This document shows positions 9,129 through 18,677 of a DNA stretch of 64,000 bases, one piece after another; within the stretch, counting starts at the first letter, position 1, and every line of letters begins with the position of its first letter. Under the pieces are notes generated by a model. That model made no database searches and had not been told where the DNA came from. It worked only from the letters and a program-made list of their open reading frames with translations. The position numbers and the translations under genes are program-made. The DNA comes from Candidatus Daviesbacteria bacterium. Lineage in GTDB: Bacteria; Patescibacteriota; Microgenomatia; Daviesbacterales; UBA10151. The stretch lies in NCBI GenBank assembly GCA_016187035.1, contig JACPKL010000010.1, positions 94,616 to 158,615 of the forward strand, written 5' to 3'.

Positions 9129-11507
9129 TTAACGGTCAAATCCGCCTCTACCACCGCGACCTCCGCGGTCTCTTCCGCCTCTACCAAATCCACCAGTTCT
9201 GCCTCTCCCTCCAAACCTATCCTGGGTTCTATCAAAGGACCCGCCACTTCTACCGCCTCCACTGCCAAAGCTTGGACGATTACCAAATCCTCCACTTCTG
9301 GGTCTACCCGCTTCGCCAAAGCGAGGCGAATCGCCAAAAGAGGAACGAGATCTAAAACCTCCGCCTTCTCTCGGTCTAAAATTTCCACCACCAGTAGGCC
9401 TCCCCTCGGTCTCTGGTTTAATATTTGCCCCAAAAAGCATTGATAAACCAATCTTTCCGTCAGGAGAAACATCAGTTACCCTAACCTTTACCTCTTGACC
9501 TTCTAAGACTACATCTTCTGGTCTGTTAACATGTCCAGGTGCCATTTGGGAAATATGCACCAACCCATCTTTGCCAGGAGCAATTTCTACAAACGCCCCA
9601 AACGGAGCAAGTCGCACGACCCTACCACTCAACTCATCTCCTACATTAAAGCTTTTAAACATACCATGAATAGAAGCAATTGCTGCATCAACTCCTTCGG
9701 GATTGACGCCTGAGATCATCACTGTCCCATCATCCTCGATATCAATTTGAGCGCCTGTTTTAGAAATAATTGAGTTAATAGTTTTTCCACCTGTGCCGAT
9801 TAAAAGCCCTATCTCTTCTGGTTTGATATGCAAAATTTCAACTCTTGGGGCATGAGGAGATAAAGGCCCTGCACTAGGAATAACTTTATCCATTTGTTCT
9901 AAAAGTTGTATCCTGGCTTTGCCACCCATATTAAGGGCTTGCTCAATTATGTCAAAGGTTAAACCTTCCAGCTTAGTATCCATCTGAATGGCAGTAATTC
10001 CATTTTTAGTACCTGCTATTTTAAAATCCATCTCTCCGTAAAAGTCTTCCACTGCCCTCATATCTGTTACTACCTGAGTTTTTTTCTCATCGGAAAACAG
10101 CCCCAATGCAATTCCAGCAACAGGCTCTATCAGAGGTACACCAGCATTCAGTAAAGCTAAAGTGGTTCCACAAACTGCAGCCATAGAAGTTGAGGCATTG
10201 GCTGCTAATACTTCAGATACTACTCTGATTGCGTATGGGAATTGATCTTCTTTTGGAACAACTGCTATGATGGCTTTTTCAGCCAAAGCACCATGACCAA
10301 TATCACGTCTGTTAGGAGCAGCCAGTCTTTTAACCTCACCTACAGAAAATGGATTAATACTCATATTATAATGGTGCATAAACCTTTTTTGTCTTTCCCC
10401 TTCCATCCCATCCAAAGTTTGCTTCAAAGAAGGAGCCCCCAGTGTTACAACAGATAAAACTTGAGTGTCTCCTCTTTGGAAAAGTGCGCTGCCATGAGTT
10501 CTTGGCAAAATTCCAACTTCTATCTGAATTGGCCTAATCTCATCCATAACTCTCCCATCTACTCTTTTACCTTTTTCCAAAACCTCTTTCTGTAAAATTT
10601 CTTTGGCAACTTTGTCAAAAATGCCTGATATAACTTGTTCTGTTAAAGCTTCTGCGTATTGGGTAGCAAGCTCTTTTTTAATCAAATCACCAGTTGCCTC
10701 ATGCCAAGGGTGCTCATTATCAAACAAAGCCTTTTCGATTCGTTCTTTGGTAATTTTAGATACTTCTTTAAGTAACGCCTCTTCAATTTCCTCCTCTAGA
10801 TGGGAGTAGGTCTGTTTCGTTTTACCAGCAACTTTCCCAAATTCTTCAATCAAAGAAATAATTGGTTGGGCTTGTGCATAAGCTTCTTTAATCCCTGCAA
10901 AAACTAACTCGTCTTTAACCTGATTAGCCCCTGTTTCTATCATGACAACTTTGTCTTTGGTAGAAGCTACTAAAAGATCCATATTAAGATGTTCTATCTC
11001 ATTAATAGTGGGATTGACTACTAAACTGCCTTCTCTTTCACCGATTCTTACTCCAGCAATTGGGCCTTTCCAAGGAATAGAAGAGATAGATAAAGCAGCT
11101 GATGCACCGATTAAACCAACAATATCAGGATCGTTTGCCTGATCTACAGATAATACAGTCAAAATTACTTGCACCTCATGCATTTTAAAATCTTTAGGAA
11201 AAAGCGGGCGGATGGAACGATCCACTAATCTGCCTGTTAAAACAGCTTCATCAGTGGGTCTAGTCTCTCTTTTGATAAATTTTGAGGAAGAAATTCTACC
11301 TCCAGCATAATGTTTTTCTACATACTCAACTGAGAGAGGAAAATAACCAATATCTTCTTTTAAAGGTTGTGTGGCAACTGTTGCTAAAATTACAGTTTCA
11401 CCCCAAGACACTAAAACAGAAGCATCTGCTTGCAGAGCTAACTTGCCTGTTTCTAATTTCAACTTACGACCATTAAGATCGATTTCTTTTACTATAACTT
11501 TGTTCAT
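9129..11507 (-). CDS. pnp: polyribonucleotide nucleotidyltransferase (PNPase) with a C-terminal Arg/Gly-rich (RGG) tail
   Basis: Two RNase PH domains, KH and S1 domains, then an RGG/FGG tail of about 95 aa encoded by GC-rich DNA at 9129-9420. Confidence 0.95.
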   Translation of the reverse strand: MNKVIVKEIDLNGRKLKLETGKLALQADASVLVSWGETVILATVATQPLKEDIGYFPLSVEYVEKHYAGGRISSSKFIKRETRPTDEAVLTGRLVDRSIRPLFPKDFKMHEVQVILTVLSVDQANDPDIVGLIGASAALSISSIPWKGPIAGVRIGEREGSLVVNPTINEIEHLNMDLLVASTKDKVVMIETGANQVKDELVFAGIKEAYAQAQPIISLIEEFGKVAGKTKQTYSHLEEEIEEALLKEVSKITKERIEKALFDNEHPWHEATGDLIKKELATQYAEALTEQVISGIFDKVAKEILQKEVLEKGKRVDGRVMDEIRPIQIEVGILPRTHGSALFQRGDTQVLSVVTLGAPSLKQTLDGMEGERQKRFMHHYNMSINPFSVGEVKRLAAPNRRDIGHGALAEKAIIAVVPKEDQFPYAIRVVSEVLAANASTSMAAVCGTTLALLNAGVPLIEPVAGIALGLFSDEKKTQVVTDMRAVEDFYGEMDFKIAGTKNGITAIQMDTKLEGLTFDIIEQALNMGGKARIQLLEQMDKVIPSAGPLSPHAPRVEILHIKPEEIGLLIGTGGKTINSIISKTGAQIDIEDDGTVMISGVNPEGVDAAIASIHGMFKSFNVGDELSGRVVRLAPFGAFVEIAPGKDGLVHISQMAPGHVNRPEDVVLEGQEVKVRVTDVSPDGKIGLSMLFGANIKPETEGRPTGGGNFRPREGGGFRSRSSFGDSPRFGEAGRPRSGGFGNRPSFGSGGGRSGGSFDRTQDRFGGRGRTGGFGRGGRDRGGRGGRGGFDR

Positions 11508-11521
11508 GATTTATATTCTTT

Positions 11522-11645
11522 GGACGATAGAATATAGATAATAGAGGATAGTGTTTTTGAAAATAGAAGATAGATATTAGATCGCTTCTAACTTCTATTT
11601 TCCATCTTCAAAATACTACCTTCTACATTCTACCATCTATCGTTC
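11522..11645 (-). promoter_or_regulatory. long imperfect inverted repeat (about 50-bp arms) between rpsO and pnp, a candidate RNase III-processed pnp leader or rpsO terminator
   Basis: The arm at 11522-11573 (ggacgatagaatatagataatagagg...) pairs with the arm at 11587-11645 (...ccttctacattctaccatctatcgttc). Confidence 0.5.
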
Positions 11646-11673
11646 TACTTTACAACAGTAAAGCAAGCTATGC

Positions 11674-11943
11674 TTATTTTGCCAGACCCAACTTCTCTAT
11701 CACTATTTTGTATCTCTCTTCATCCTTTTTAACTAAATATTGTAAAAGTCTTCTTCTTTTATTCACCATTGATAACAATCCACGTCTTGAGTGAATATCA
11801 TGAGTATGTTCTTTTAAGTGAGCGGTCAGATTTTTAATTTGTTCTGTAAGAAGCGCTACCTGAACTTCCGGTGAACCTGTATCGCCACTTTTTGTGGCAA
11901 ACTCTTTAATAATCTTTTGCTTAAGCTTTGGATCAAGTGGCAT
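11674..11943 (-). CDS. rpsO: 30S ribosomal protein S15
   Basis: 89 aa with a typical S15 sequence (HSRRGLLxMVxKRRRLLxYL). Confidence 0.95.
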   Translation of the reverse strand: MPLDPKLKQKIIKEFATKSGDTGSPEVQVALLTEQIKNLTAHLKEHTHDIHSRRGLLSMVNKRRRLLQYLVKKDEERYKIVIEKLGLAK

Positions 11944-12080
11944 CTTTAATCTCCTTTTTTAGGAACAACTTTGATGCCAAAGTCGTCCTTTAATTTATCC
12001 TGGGCGTATCTTAACAGAAGTTCTAAGATTATGCAAGCTTTGCTTATAGTCTGATTTCCACACCGAATGTGGAAATTCAG

Positions 12081-12530
12081 TTAAGGTTTAGAGAGTCTAC
12101 CTGAGGCTATTTGTGATTCTAATTCTGTCCTACGTCTCTCCAATTCTAAGGCTAGTTTCTCATTTAAACCCTCAAGCACAACAAGTTCATTTTCAGCACC
12201 ACCATTTCTTAAATAATCTTGATAACTCAGATCTACTACTCTTTCCTCCATACAAGCATTTTCTTTAACTAGATCCAGCGCCGAGGCAGTACTCCTGCTG
12301 TTAGACATACCCATTCTTTCCTCCATTTTTCTAATATTATTTTCACTTGCGGTTTGATATGCTTTTAGTAAAATATCTTGCTTATCTGTTTCACCAAGTT
12401 TAGTTATCTGTAATTCTCTGGCAGTTTGGCGCAAATCACCTCTGGCTGCAGCAGCTTTTGCTCGCTCATCAGCTCCTTTGCCAAATAAGCTTCCTCTAAG
12501 AGAGGTTAAAATTCCTGGTTCTTGTGCCAA
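12081..12530 (-). CDS. hypothetical coiled-coil protein
   Basis: 149-aa ORF with no family recognised. Confidence 0.35.
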   Translation of the reverse strand: MAQEPGILTSLRGSLFGKGADERAKAAAARGDLRQTARELQITKLGETDKQDILLKAYQTASENNIRKMEERMGMSNSRSTASALDLVKENACMEERVVDLSYQDYLRNGGAENELVVLEGLNEKLALELERRRTELESQIASGRLSKP

Positions 12531-12583
12531 AGTATTCAGTTCTTGATCGATGGTTTTATATTCCGGGCATTTAACTTGAATTC

Positions 12584-12859
12584 CTAAATCACCAAGAGCT
12601 TCTCTAAGTGATCCGGACCAGGACCAAGGACCGGAGGGAAAATTGGCAAAACAGGTAGAGGAGTACGCCCAGGAGTAGGCTCTGCGGCAGGAACTTCCTG
12701 GTTTAATCCCCTTGGTAAGTCCCCTAATGCAATTACCGGGGAGGCAGCAAATACTGATCCTGTTAAGATTGCCCCAGCAAAACTGATGGATCCAATCATA
12801 CTTAATTTCCTACCCCTCTGAGAGGGACTATAACGAAGCTCTGAATCTACTCTCTTCAT
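12584..12859 (-). CDS. small secreted/membrane protein, Pro-rich, hypothetical
   Basis: Signal-like hydrophobic segment followed by a Pro-rich tail. Local GC is higher than the surroundings. Confidence 0.3.
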   Translation of the reverse strand: MKRVDSELRYSPSQRGRKLSMIGSISFAGAILTGSVFAASPVIALGDLPRGLNQEVPAAEPTPGRTPLPVLPIFPPVLGPGPDHLEKLLVI

Positions 12860-12975
12860 ATATCCATTATACTATTAAATAAACCTATAGTCAAGTTGGG
12901 CACCCACTATCAGTCTTGACCAATTAGTTTTTCCCTGCTTGACATATATTATCAAAATAATATAATTATAATACT

Positions 12976-13260
12976 ATGAATAATACAGTTTTACAAATCC
13001 CTGTTGATAAAAATGTGAGAAATCAGGCTGCTTCTAAAGCAGAAAAAATGGGCTTTTCCTCTTTACAGGAAGTAGTCAGGTTATTTCTTAATAAAATAGC
13101 ATCAGGAAAAATTGATGTGACTTTTGAACCAACAGTCAAATTATCCACTAAAGCTACTAAAAAGTATAACAAAATCATAGATGAGATAGAATCTGGCAAA
13201 GCTCAAACAAAATCATTTACAGATGTTAAAAACTTAATGAAGTATTTAAATGAAGGTTAA
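12976..13260 (+). CDS. RelB/DinJ-family antitoxin
   Basis: VDKNVRNQAASKAEKMGFSSLQEVVRLFLNKIA resembles the DinJ N-terminus. It overlaps the downstream toxin gene by 11 bp. Confidence 0.7.
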   Translation: MNNTVLQIPVDKNVRNQAASKAEKMGFSSLQEVVRLFLNKIASGKIDVTFEPTVKLSTKATKKYNKIIDEIESGKAQTKSFTDVKNLMKYLNEG

Positions 13261-13516
13261 CCTGTATCATGGTTTTGTAAAAGCTTACAAAAAAAGGATT
13301 GCTCCAAACATCAAACTTGTCTCAAAAACAGAGGAAAGAATTTCTCTTTTTAAATCTAATCCTAAAAATCCTCTTTTAAAAGATCATGGATTAACTGGAG
13401 CTAAAAAGAATCTTCGAGTATTTTCCATTACAGGAGATATCAGAATAGTTTATCTTCCTGTTTCTGAGGAAGAAGTTACTTTTATTAATATTGGATCACA
13501 TAATCAAGTTTATTAA
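13250..13516 (+). CDS. RelE/ParE-superfamily toxin (YafQ/RelE-like)
   Basis: C-terminal KDHGLTGAKKNLRVFSITGDIRIVY...IGSHNQVY is the RelE/YafQ signature (L.G....R..........Y...H...Y). Confidence 0.75.
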   Translation: MKVNLYHGFVKAYKKRIAPNIKLVSKTEERISLFKSNPKNPLLKDHGLTGAKKNLRVFSITGDIRIVYLPVSEEEVTFINIGSHNQVY

Positions 13517-13641
13517 GGATATAAAATCTCGCGTGAAATCTATATATAGATCCTATGGAGCCTAAGTAATTGATTGAATCTTTTACTCTACCATTAGAAA
13601 TAAGATGATCCACTATAGGATCTAGTTCTCCACGCATCTGC

Positions 13642-14727
13642 TTACCCTAACGATGATCCTTTGAAGATTTTTGGGGTCAGCCATTCTGGCTCAATTGTTT
13701 CTGAAATTACACCTTCTTGAGCTGGCCGCTCTTCAGGTGACCCCGATTGAATCGGGGGTGAAGGCTGATAATCATCTCCCTTATCAACTACTGATTGGGT
13801 AGGTGAGCTTGATGAAACCACTGGAGGAACAGTATAATCTGGTGCTGTTTGACTCGTTGGTTGAGTATTAATTGGATCTTTTGGTATTAGAGCACTCCAA
13901 TCATAAGCTGGTGCAGCCTGCGATTGAGCTTTTGTATCAACTCGAGAAGAACTGTTAGGCTTTTTCCCTCCGGCTCTTAAACAGTTAGCTACAGCTAAAT
14001 ATGTTTCTGCAGTAATTTTCTCATTAGTTAAGGAGTTGGTCGCATCGAAAATACCCACAAGTAGATTGCTAGCGCAGTCTGCAGATAAAGTAAACCCTAA
14101 ATCAGCAATAACAGAGCTGACCACTTCAGACACAGATGAAACATTATCTATCACATTGGTTTGACCAAAACCAGTGTTAACAGATTCTTTATCAATATTA
14201 ACTATATGTGTCCCGGAAAAAACTTGAGTATTAGATTGGTAAATATTCCCTAAAGCAGTTAAATTTACTGCTCCTATTGCAAATATTAAATTAAAACCGC
14301 TTCCCTGGAAATGAGGGACTATTTTGGCCGGCTGAAAAGTCTGGTTGGGTAAACAATGGAAAACTAAATTCAAATTATTGTTTTGGGCATACCAGTCTAA
14401 TTTTTCCAAAGCAGGAATAGTATTATCTGAAGCTGCCACACCTTCTAAAACTAGAGTTAAACTACCACCACCTGTGGAAGGAATGTTTTTTTGAACATGG
14501 TCTACTCCAAATAAGTGTGATTGACCAACCTTTATAGTATCATCTGAAACAATTGAAACTTGTTTACCAACTCCTTCCAAGGTTAAGAATAGAGCTAAGC
14601 TGGCAGCCAGTTGGTCAATATTAGCATTAGCAGGTATAGCAATTAGAATGCTTTTAGCAACGGGTAACAAAGTTTTGAGTTCTGCAAGTTGTGAATCGTA
14701 TTTCATTAGTATGGGGAATTTTATCAT
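13642..14727 (-). CDS. DHH/DHHA1-like (NrnA-like) protein with degenerate catalytic motifs and an S/P/Q-rich C-terminal tail
   Basis: DHH-fold-like N-terminal region in the expected position downstream of infB, but the DHH and DxD motifs are not conserved. The C-terminal about 110 aa are low-complexity. Confidence 0.45.
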   Translation of the reverse strand: MIKFPILMKYDSQLAELKTLLPVAKSILIAIPANANIDQLAASLALFLTLEGVGKQVSIVSDDTIKVGQSHLFGVDHVQKNIPSTGGGSLTLVLEGVAASDNTIPALEKLDWYAQNNNLNLVFHCLPNQTFQPAKIVPHFQGSGFNLIFAIGAVNLTALGNIYQSNTQVFSGTHIVNIDKESVNTGFGQTNVIDNVSSVSEVVSSVIADLGFTLSADCASNLLVGIFDATNSLTNEKITAETYLAVANCLRAGGKKPNSSSRVDTKAQSQAAPAYDWSALIPKDPINTQPTSQTAPDYTVPPVVSSSSPTQSVVDKGDDYQPSPPIQSGSPEERPAQEGVISETIEPEWLTPKIFKGSSLG

Positions 14728-14768
14728 GAATAGCCCATAATTGCAAGTTCAGGCGCAGCAATTATAGT

Positions 14769-16232
14769 CTAAATTACTCTGAAGCTTTCAACTATATCTC
14801 CTATCTGGAAATCTAGGCTTGGGTTAAATAACATCCCGCAGTCATTGCCTTTTTCTACCTTATTCACTTCTTCTTTAACCTTTTTTAATGATTTCAGCTT
14901 AACTTCACCTATTAACTGGCCTTCCCTAACCACCCTGATTCTTTGCCCTTTGGCTATTACCCCCTCCAGCATCCTGCAACCAGCAATTTTTTCCTCCTTA
15001 CCATGAGCAAACTCTGCTAAAATTTCTGCTTTACCTGTCACTTCCTCCAGTTGCCCAACCTCTAAAAGCGTGTTGACCACTTCTTCCACATCTTCCAAAA
15101 GCTCGTAAATAATATTATAAGTTCTGATTAGGACATGTTCATTCTCAGCCATCTTTTGGGCAGTAGAAGCTACTTTAACATTAAATCCAATCACAATTGC
15201 TCCAACTACTGCAGCCAATTTAATATTTTCCTCACCAATAGGGCCGGTCCCGCTGAAAATATAGTCAATAACCTGTCTTTCAATATTGAATTTATCTAAA
15301 GAAGCGATAATTGCCTCCAAAGATCCTTGCTTATCTGCCTTGATAATAACCTTTAAAGTTTTAGTCTCACCTTGTCTTAGTTTATCCATTAAGGATTTAA
15401 CTTCTTCAGTCTGCTTTACCTCTGCTAACTGCCCTAAAACAGCTCCTACTTGAGGTACTGCTTCTAAACCTAAAACCTCCACAGGACTGGAAGGAGGGGC
15501 GAAGTCTACACTTTTTAAAGCATAATCAAACATTCCCCTGACTTTTCCTTTAATTCCTCCTACTAAAATTTGATCGCCTTTTTTTAAAGTCCCATTCCTG
15601 ATCAGTAAGGTTGCCACTGGACCTTTGAACTTATCTAAATTAGCTTCAATTACTACCCCTGAGGGGGACAAACTCGGATCACCTTTAATCTCATTTAACT
15701 CTGCCACCAGTAAGATATTTTCCAATAGTTTATCCACACCTTCTCCTGTTTTAGCAGACAAAGGTACAATAGGCACATCTCCACCATATTCTTCAACTAG
15801 AATCCCTTTATCAGAAAGCTGTTTTTTAATTTTTTCTGACTGGATTTTTAAATTTAACCCGGGTAAATCTATTTTGTTGATTACGATAATCTGTGGTACT
15901 TTTGCAGCCTGGATATGTTTTATAGCCTCCATGGTTTGAGGCATAATCCCATCATCAGCAGCGACCACCAGAACAGCTATGTCTGCCACTTTCGCCCCTC
16001 TTGACCTCATTTTTTCAAAAGCAGCATGGCCGGGAGTATCAATAAAGGTAATTAATTTTCCATTATGATTTACTTGATAAGCACCAATATGCTGAGTGAT
16101 TCCCCCATGTTCTTTTGCTGTCATATCAGTTTGTCTGATATAGGAAAGTAGAGTGGTTTTGCCATGATCAACATGACCAAGTATGGTGACTATAGGAGTT
16201 CTGTACATTTCAGCCATTTTTATTCCTTTCAA
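14769..16232 (-). CDS. infB: translation initiation factor IF-2 (short form: G domain to C-terminus)
   Basis: [12 protein letters not shown]1 motif and the DTPGH and NKID motifs, 487 aa. Confidence 0.9.
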   Translation of the reverse strand: MKGIKMAEMYRTPIVTILGHVDHGKTTLLSYIRQTDMTAKEHGGITQHIGAYQVNHNGKLITFIDTPGHAAFEKMRSRGAKVADIAVLVVAADDGIMPQTMEAIKHIQAAKVPQIIVINKIDLPGLNLKIQSEKIKKQLSDKGILVEEYGGDVPIVPLSAKTGEGVDKLLENILLVAELNEIKGDPSLSPSGVVIEANLDKFKGPVATLLIRNGTLKKGDQILVGGIKGKVRGMFDYALKSVDFAPPSSPVEVLGLEAVPQVGAVLGQLAEVKQTEEVKSLMDKLRQGETKTLKVIIKADKQGSLEAIIASLDKFNIERQVIDYIFSGTGPIGEENIKLAAVVGAIVIGFNVKVASTAQKMAENEHVLIRTYNIIYELLEDVEEVVNTLLEVGQLEEVTGKAEILAEFAHGKEEKIAGCRMLEGVIAKGQRIRVVREGQLIGEVKLKSLKKVKEEVNKVEKGNDCGMLFNPSLDFQIGDIVESFRVI

Positions 16233-16257
16233 AATACTAAACCTGAAGAAGAATTAA

Positions 16258-16330
16258 GATTTATGAATATAGATTTATGAGTAGAACAAAACTTTTCATT
16301 CTTAAATCCTAACTCTTAAATCATAAATCA
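16258..16330. repeat. AT-rich intergenic repeat, first copy, between nusA and infB
   Basis: gatttatgaatatagatttatgag...cttaaatcataaatca. Confidence 0.5.
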
Positions 16331-17404
16331 TGCTTGCTTCTCTTCTTTATCTGCTTCTTCTTTATCTGCTTCTGATTTTTCTGACTTATCTGAGTCTTTC
16401 TGATCCTCTGATCCGCTGATCCTCTGATCCGCTGGTTCTGGTTCTTCTGCTCCTTCAATATCTATTTTCCAACCAGTCAGTTTGGCAGCCAGCCTGACAT
16501 TTTGGCCACCTTTACCAATGGCTAAAGACAGCTGGGATTGAGGTACAGTCACTGTAGCCACTTTGTCTGCCTCATTCAATTTAACCTGGATATCTTTGGC
16601 AGGGGAAAGAGCAGCAGCTATAAATCTGGCTGGATCTTCAGAATAGGAGATAATGTCAATTTTTTCCTCGCCTAATTCACTCATTACAGCCTGCACCCTG
16701 ACTCCTTTTTGCCCAACCAAAGATCCGACCGGATCAACCCCATCCTGGGTAGACACAGCCGCAATCTTAGTTCTGGAACCGGCTTCCCTGGCAATCACTT
16801 TTATTTCCACAGCGCCTGATTGGATCTCCGGCACTTCAAGAGCGAAAACTGCCTTTACTAAAGCTGGATCAGACCTGGAGACAATTACTTCTGATCCTCT
16901 TCCTCCCTCCTTAATTTCTTTAACTAAAAATTTTAATCTTTGATTTTGATGATACATTTCACTATGGACTTGTTCTGATGGAGGCAATACCCCTTCAGCC
17001 CTACCTAGATCCACAAAAAAAGTATTGCCTTCTTGCCTTTGAATATTACCTGAAATAACAGTCCCTACTTTATTCTCGTATTCCGACAAAATCGCCCCTC
17101 TTTCGGCTTCGTTTAACTTTTGCATAATTACTTGTTTGGCAATTGAAGCAGCAATTCTGGCAAAACCTGGAGGGGTAACGTTTTTTTCACCGTCAAAAAT
17201 AGAGATCTCACCGGATGAGGGATCAACTTTTGAGATAAACTCTTCAAAATTATCCGGCACAGCTTCATTCCTGATTGTTAAATCCTTTTTATAAGCCGCT
17301 AGAGCGGCTTGGCGGATAGCATCTAAAACCACTTCCACTTCCACCCCTTTTTCAGAGGCTATTTGGTTTAACGCAGCTGCAAATTCAGTTCTAGCTTGTG
17401 CCAT
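16328..17404 (-). CDS. nusA: transcription termination/antitermination factor NusA with an acidic repetitive tail
   Basis: NusA N-terminal domain, S1 and two KH domains, then an acidic C-terminal EADKEE-type repeat. Confidence 0.9.
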   Translation of the reverse strand: MAQARTEFAAALNQIASEKGVEVEVVLDAIRQAALAAYKKDLTIRNEAVPDNFEEFISKVDPSSGEISIFDGEKNVTPPGFARIAASIAKQVIMQKLNEAERGAILSEYENKVGTVISGNIQRQEGNTFFVDLGRAEGVLPPSEQVHSEMYHQNQRLKFLVKEIKEGGRGSEVIVSRSDPALVKAVFALEVPEIQSGAVEIKVIAREAGSRTKIAAVSTQDGVDPVGSLVGQKGVRVQAVMSELGEEKIDIISYSEDPARFIAAALSPAKDIQVKLNEADKVATVTVPQSQLSLAIGKGGQNVRLAAKLTGWKIDIEGAEEPEPADQRISGSEDQKDSDKSEKSEADKEEADKEEKQA

Positions 17405-17520
17405 AAACTCCTTTCAGTCGTAAATTCCAAGAAACAAGTACCAAGTCTTCCAAACAAATTATAATATTCAAAATTTAAATAAATATTTTGTATCTTGTTA
17501 TTTGGTACTTGGTTATTTCT

Positions 17521-17563
17521 TTTAACAATTGTTAAAAGAAAAGGTGGGACTAGCCCACCTTTA
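17521..17563 (-). terminator. candidate rho-independent terminator (minus strand)
   Basis: Perfect 9-bp stem aaaggtggg/cccaccttt with a T-run following on the minus strand. Confidence 0.35.
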
Positions 17564-17614
17564 CTGGTAACTGGATTGTTAACCAGCTACTATTTTAGCT
17601 TTTTACTAACTTGA

Positions 17615-17833
17615 AGTCAAGCTAACAAAAGGAAATTATGGTGTGTTACATATGGTAAAGACTTGAAAGAAGCCAAAAAAATGGCTGAAGATGCTATCCG
17701 TTTATACCTTGAGAGTCTAAAAAAGCATGAGGAACCAATTCCACAGGAAGAAAGTTCTGAATTGCCCAAAGGCACATTCAAAGCAATCTTAAGAGAATCC
17801 AAAGTTTCCCTAGAAGAATTTGAATCAACTTGA
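17615..17833 (+). pseudogene. HicB-family antitoxin remnant. The frame is open from 17615 but lacks an N-terminus and start codon
   Basis: Translation ...TYGKDLKEAKKMAEDAIRLYLESLKKHEEPIPQEE matches the HicB/UPF0150 core. The first in-frame ATG would give only 50 aa. Confidence 0.45.
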
Positions 17834-17919
17834 TTTCTCAATCAGTAAACCTATTCCCGCCTCAAAAATCCAAGACAACCATTGACTAAGTCCTATTAAA
17901 ATGCATAATATTATAAGTA

Positions 17920-18666
17920 ATGGAGTTTATTTTCTGGCCAGTTTTAGTCTTCCTAATTATTATTCTTCTTGCTGGCATCAAGATTATTGACCAATATCAA
18001 AGGGGTGTCGTTTTAACTCTTGGAACTTTTACAGGAGTTCTAAATCCAGGATTGAAAATTGTCATCCCCATTATCCAAAGGCTTATCAGAGTAGATTTGA
18101 GGATTACCACAGCTGATATTCCTCAACAAGAGGTTATTACTAAAGACAATGTGCCTGTTGGGATTAACGCAGTGGTCTATTTCCAAGTTGTCAGACCAGA
18201 GGATGCTGTTTTAAAAATTCAGGATTATCATTATGCTGTCACCCAATATGCCCAAACTGCTTTAAGAGATGTGATAGGTGGAGTGGAGCTGGATATGCTT
18301 CTGACAGAAAGAGAGAAGCTAGCAGAACAAATTAAGGCACTAGTAGATAAAGAAACAGATCAATGGGGTGTAAATGTTAACGCCATCAAGATGCAGGATA
18401 TTGAGCTACCAGCTGATATGAAAAGGGTGATGGCTAAACAGACTGAGGCAGAAAGAGAACGAAGAGCAACAATTATTAGAGCTCAAGGAGAGTTGTCAGC
18501 ATCAAAAAACCTGCAAGAAGCTATGCAGAATATGAATCAATCAGGCGGGATTGCCTTAAGAACTTTACAAACAATTGAGGCAACAACTGCCAATCCTGCC
18601 AATACTGTAGTTTTTGCACTTCCCACTGAAGTATTGGCAGGACTTAAGAATTTATTGAAAAAATAA
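17920..18666 (+). CDS. SPFH/band-7 (stomatin/prohibitin-like) membrane protein
   Basis: N-terminal TM helix followed by an SPFH domain and a coiled-coil region. Confidence 0.85.
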   Translation: MEFIFWPVLVFLIIILLAGIKIIDQYQRGVVLTLGTFTGVLNPGLKIVIPIIQRLIRVDLRITTADIPQQEVITKDNVPVGINAVVYFQVVRPEDAVLKIQDYHYAVTQYAQTALRDVIGGVELDMLLTEREKLAEQIKALVDKETDQWGVNVNAIKMQDIELPADMKRVMAKQTEAERERRATIIRAQGELSASKNLQEAMQNMNQSGGIALRTLQTIEATTANPANTVVFALPTEVLAGLKNLLKK

Positions 18667-18677
18667 TGACATCAATT

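Noticed and set aside
9104-9472. 122-aa minus-strand ORF overlapping the pnp 3' end, and the other short ORFs inside pnp (9531..9713, 10242..10457, 10603..10809, 10942..11142, 11282..11476)
   Set aside because: Alternative-frame or antisense ORFs inside PNPase. The GC-rich RGG-tail coding region generates long open frames by chance.
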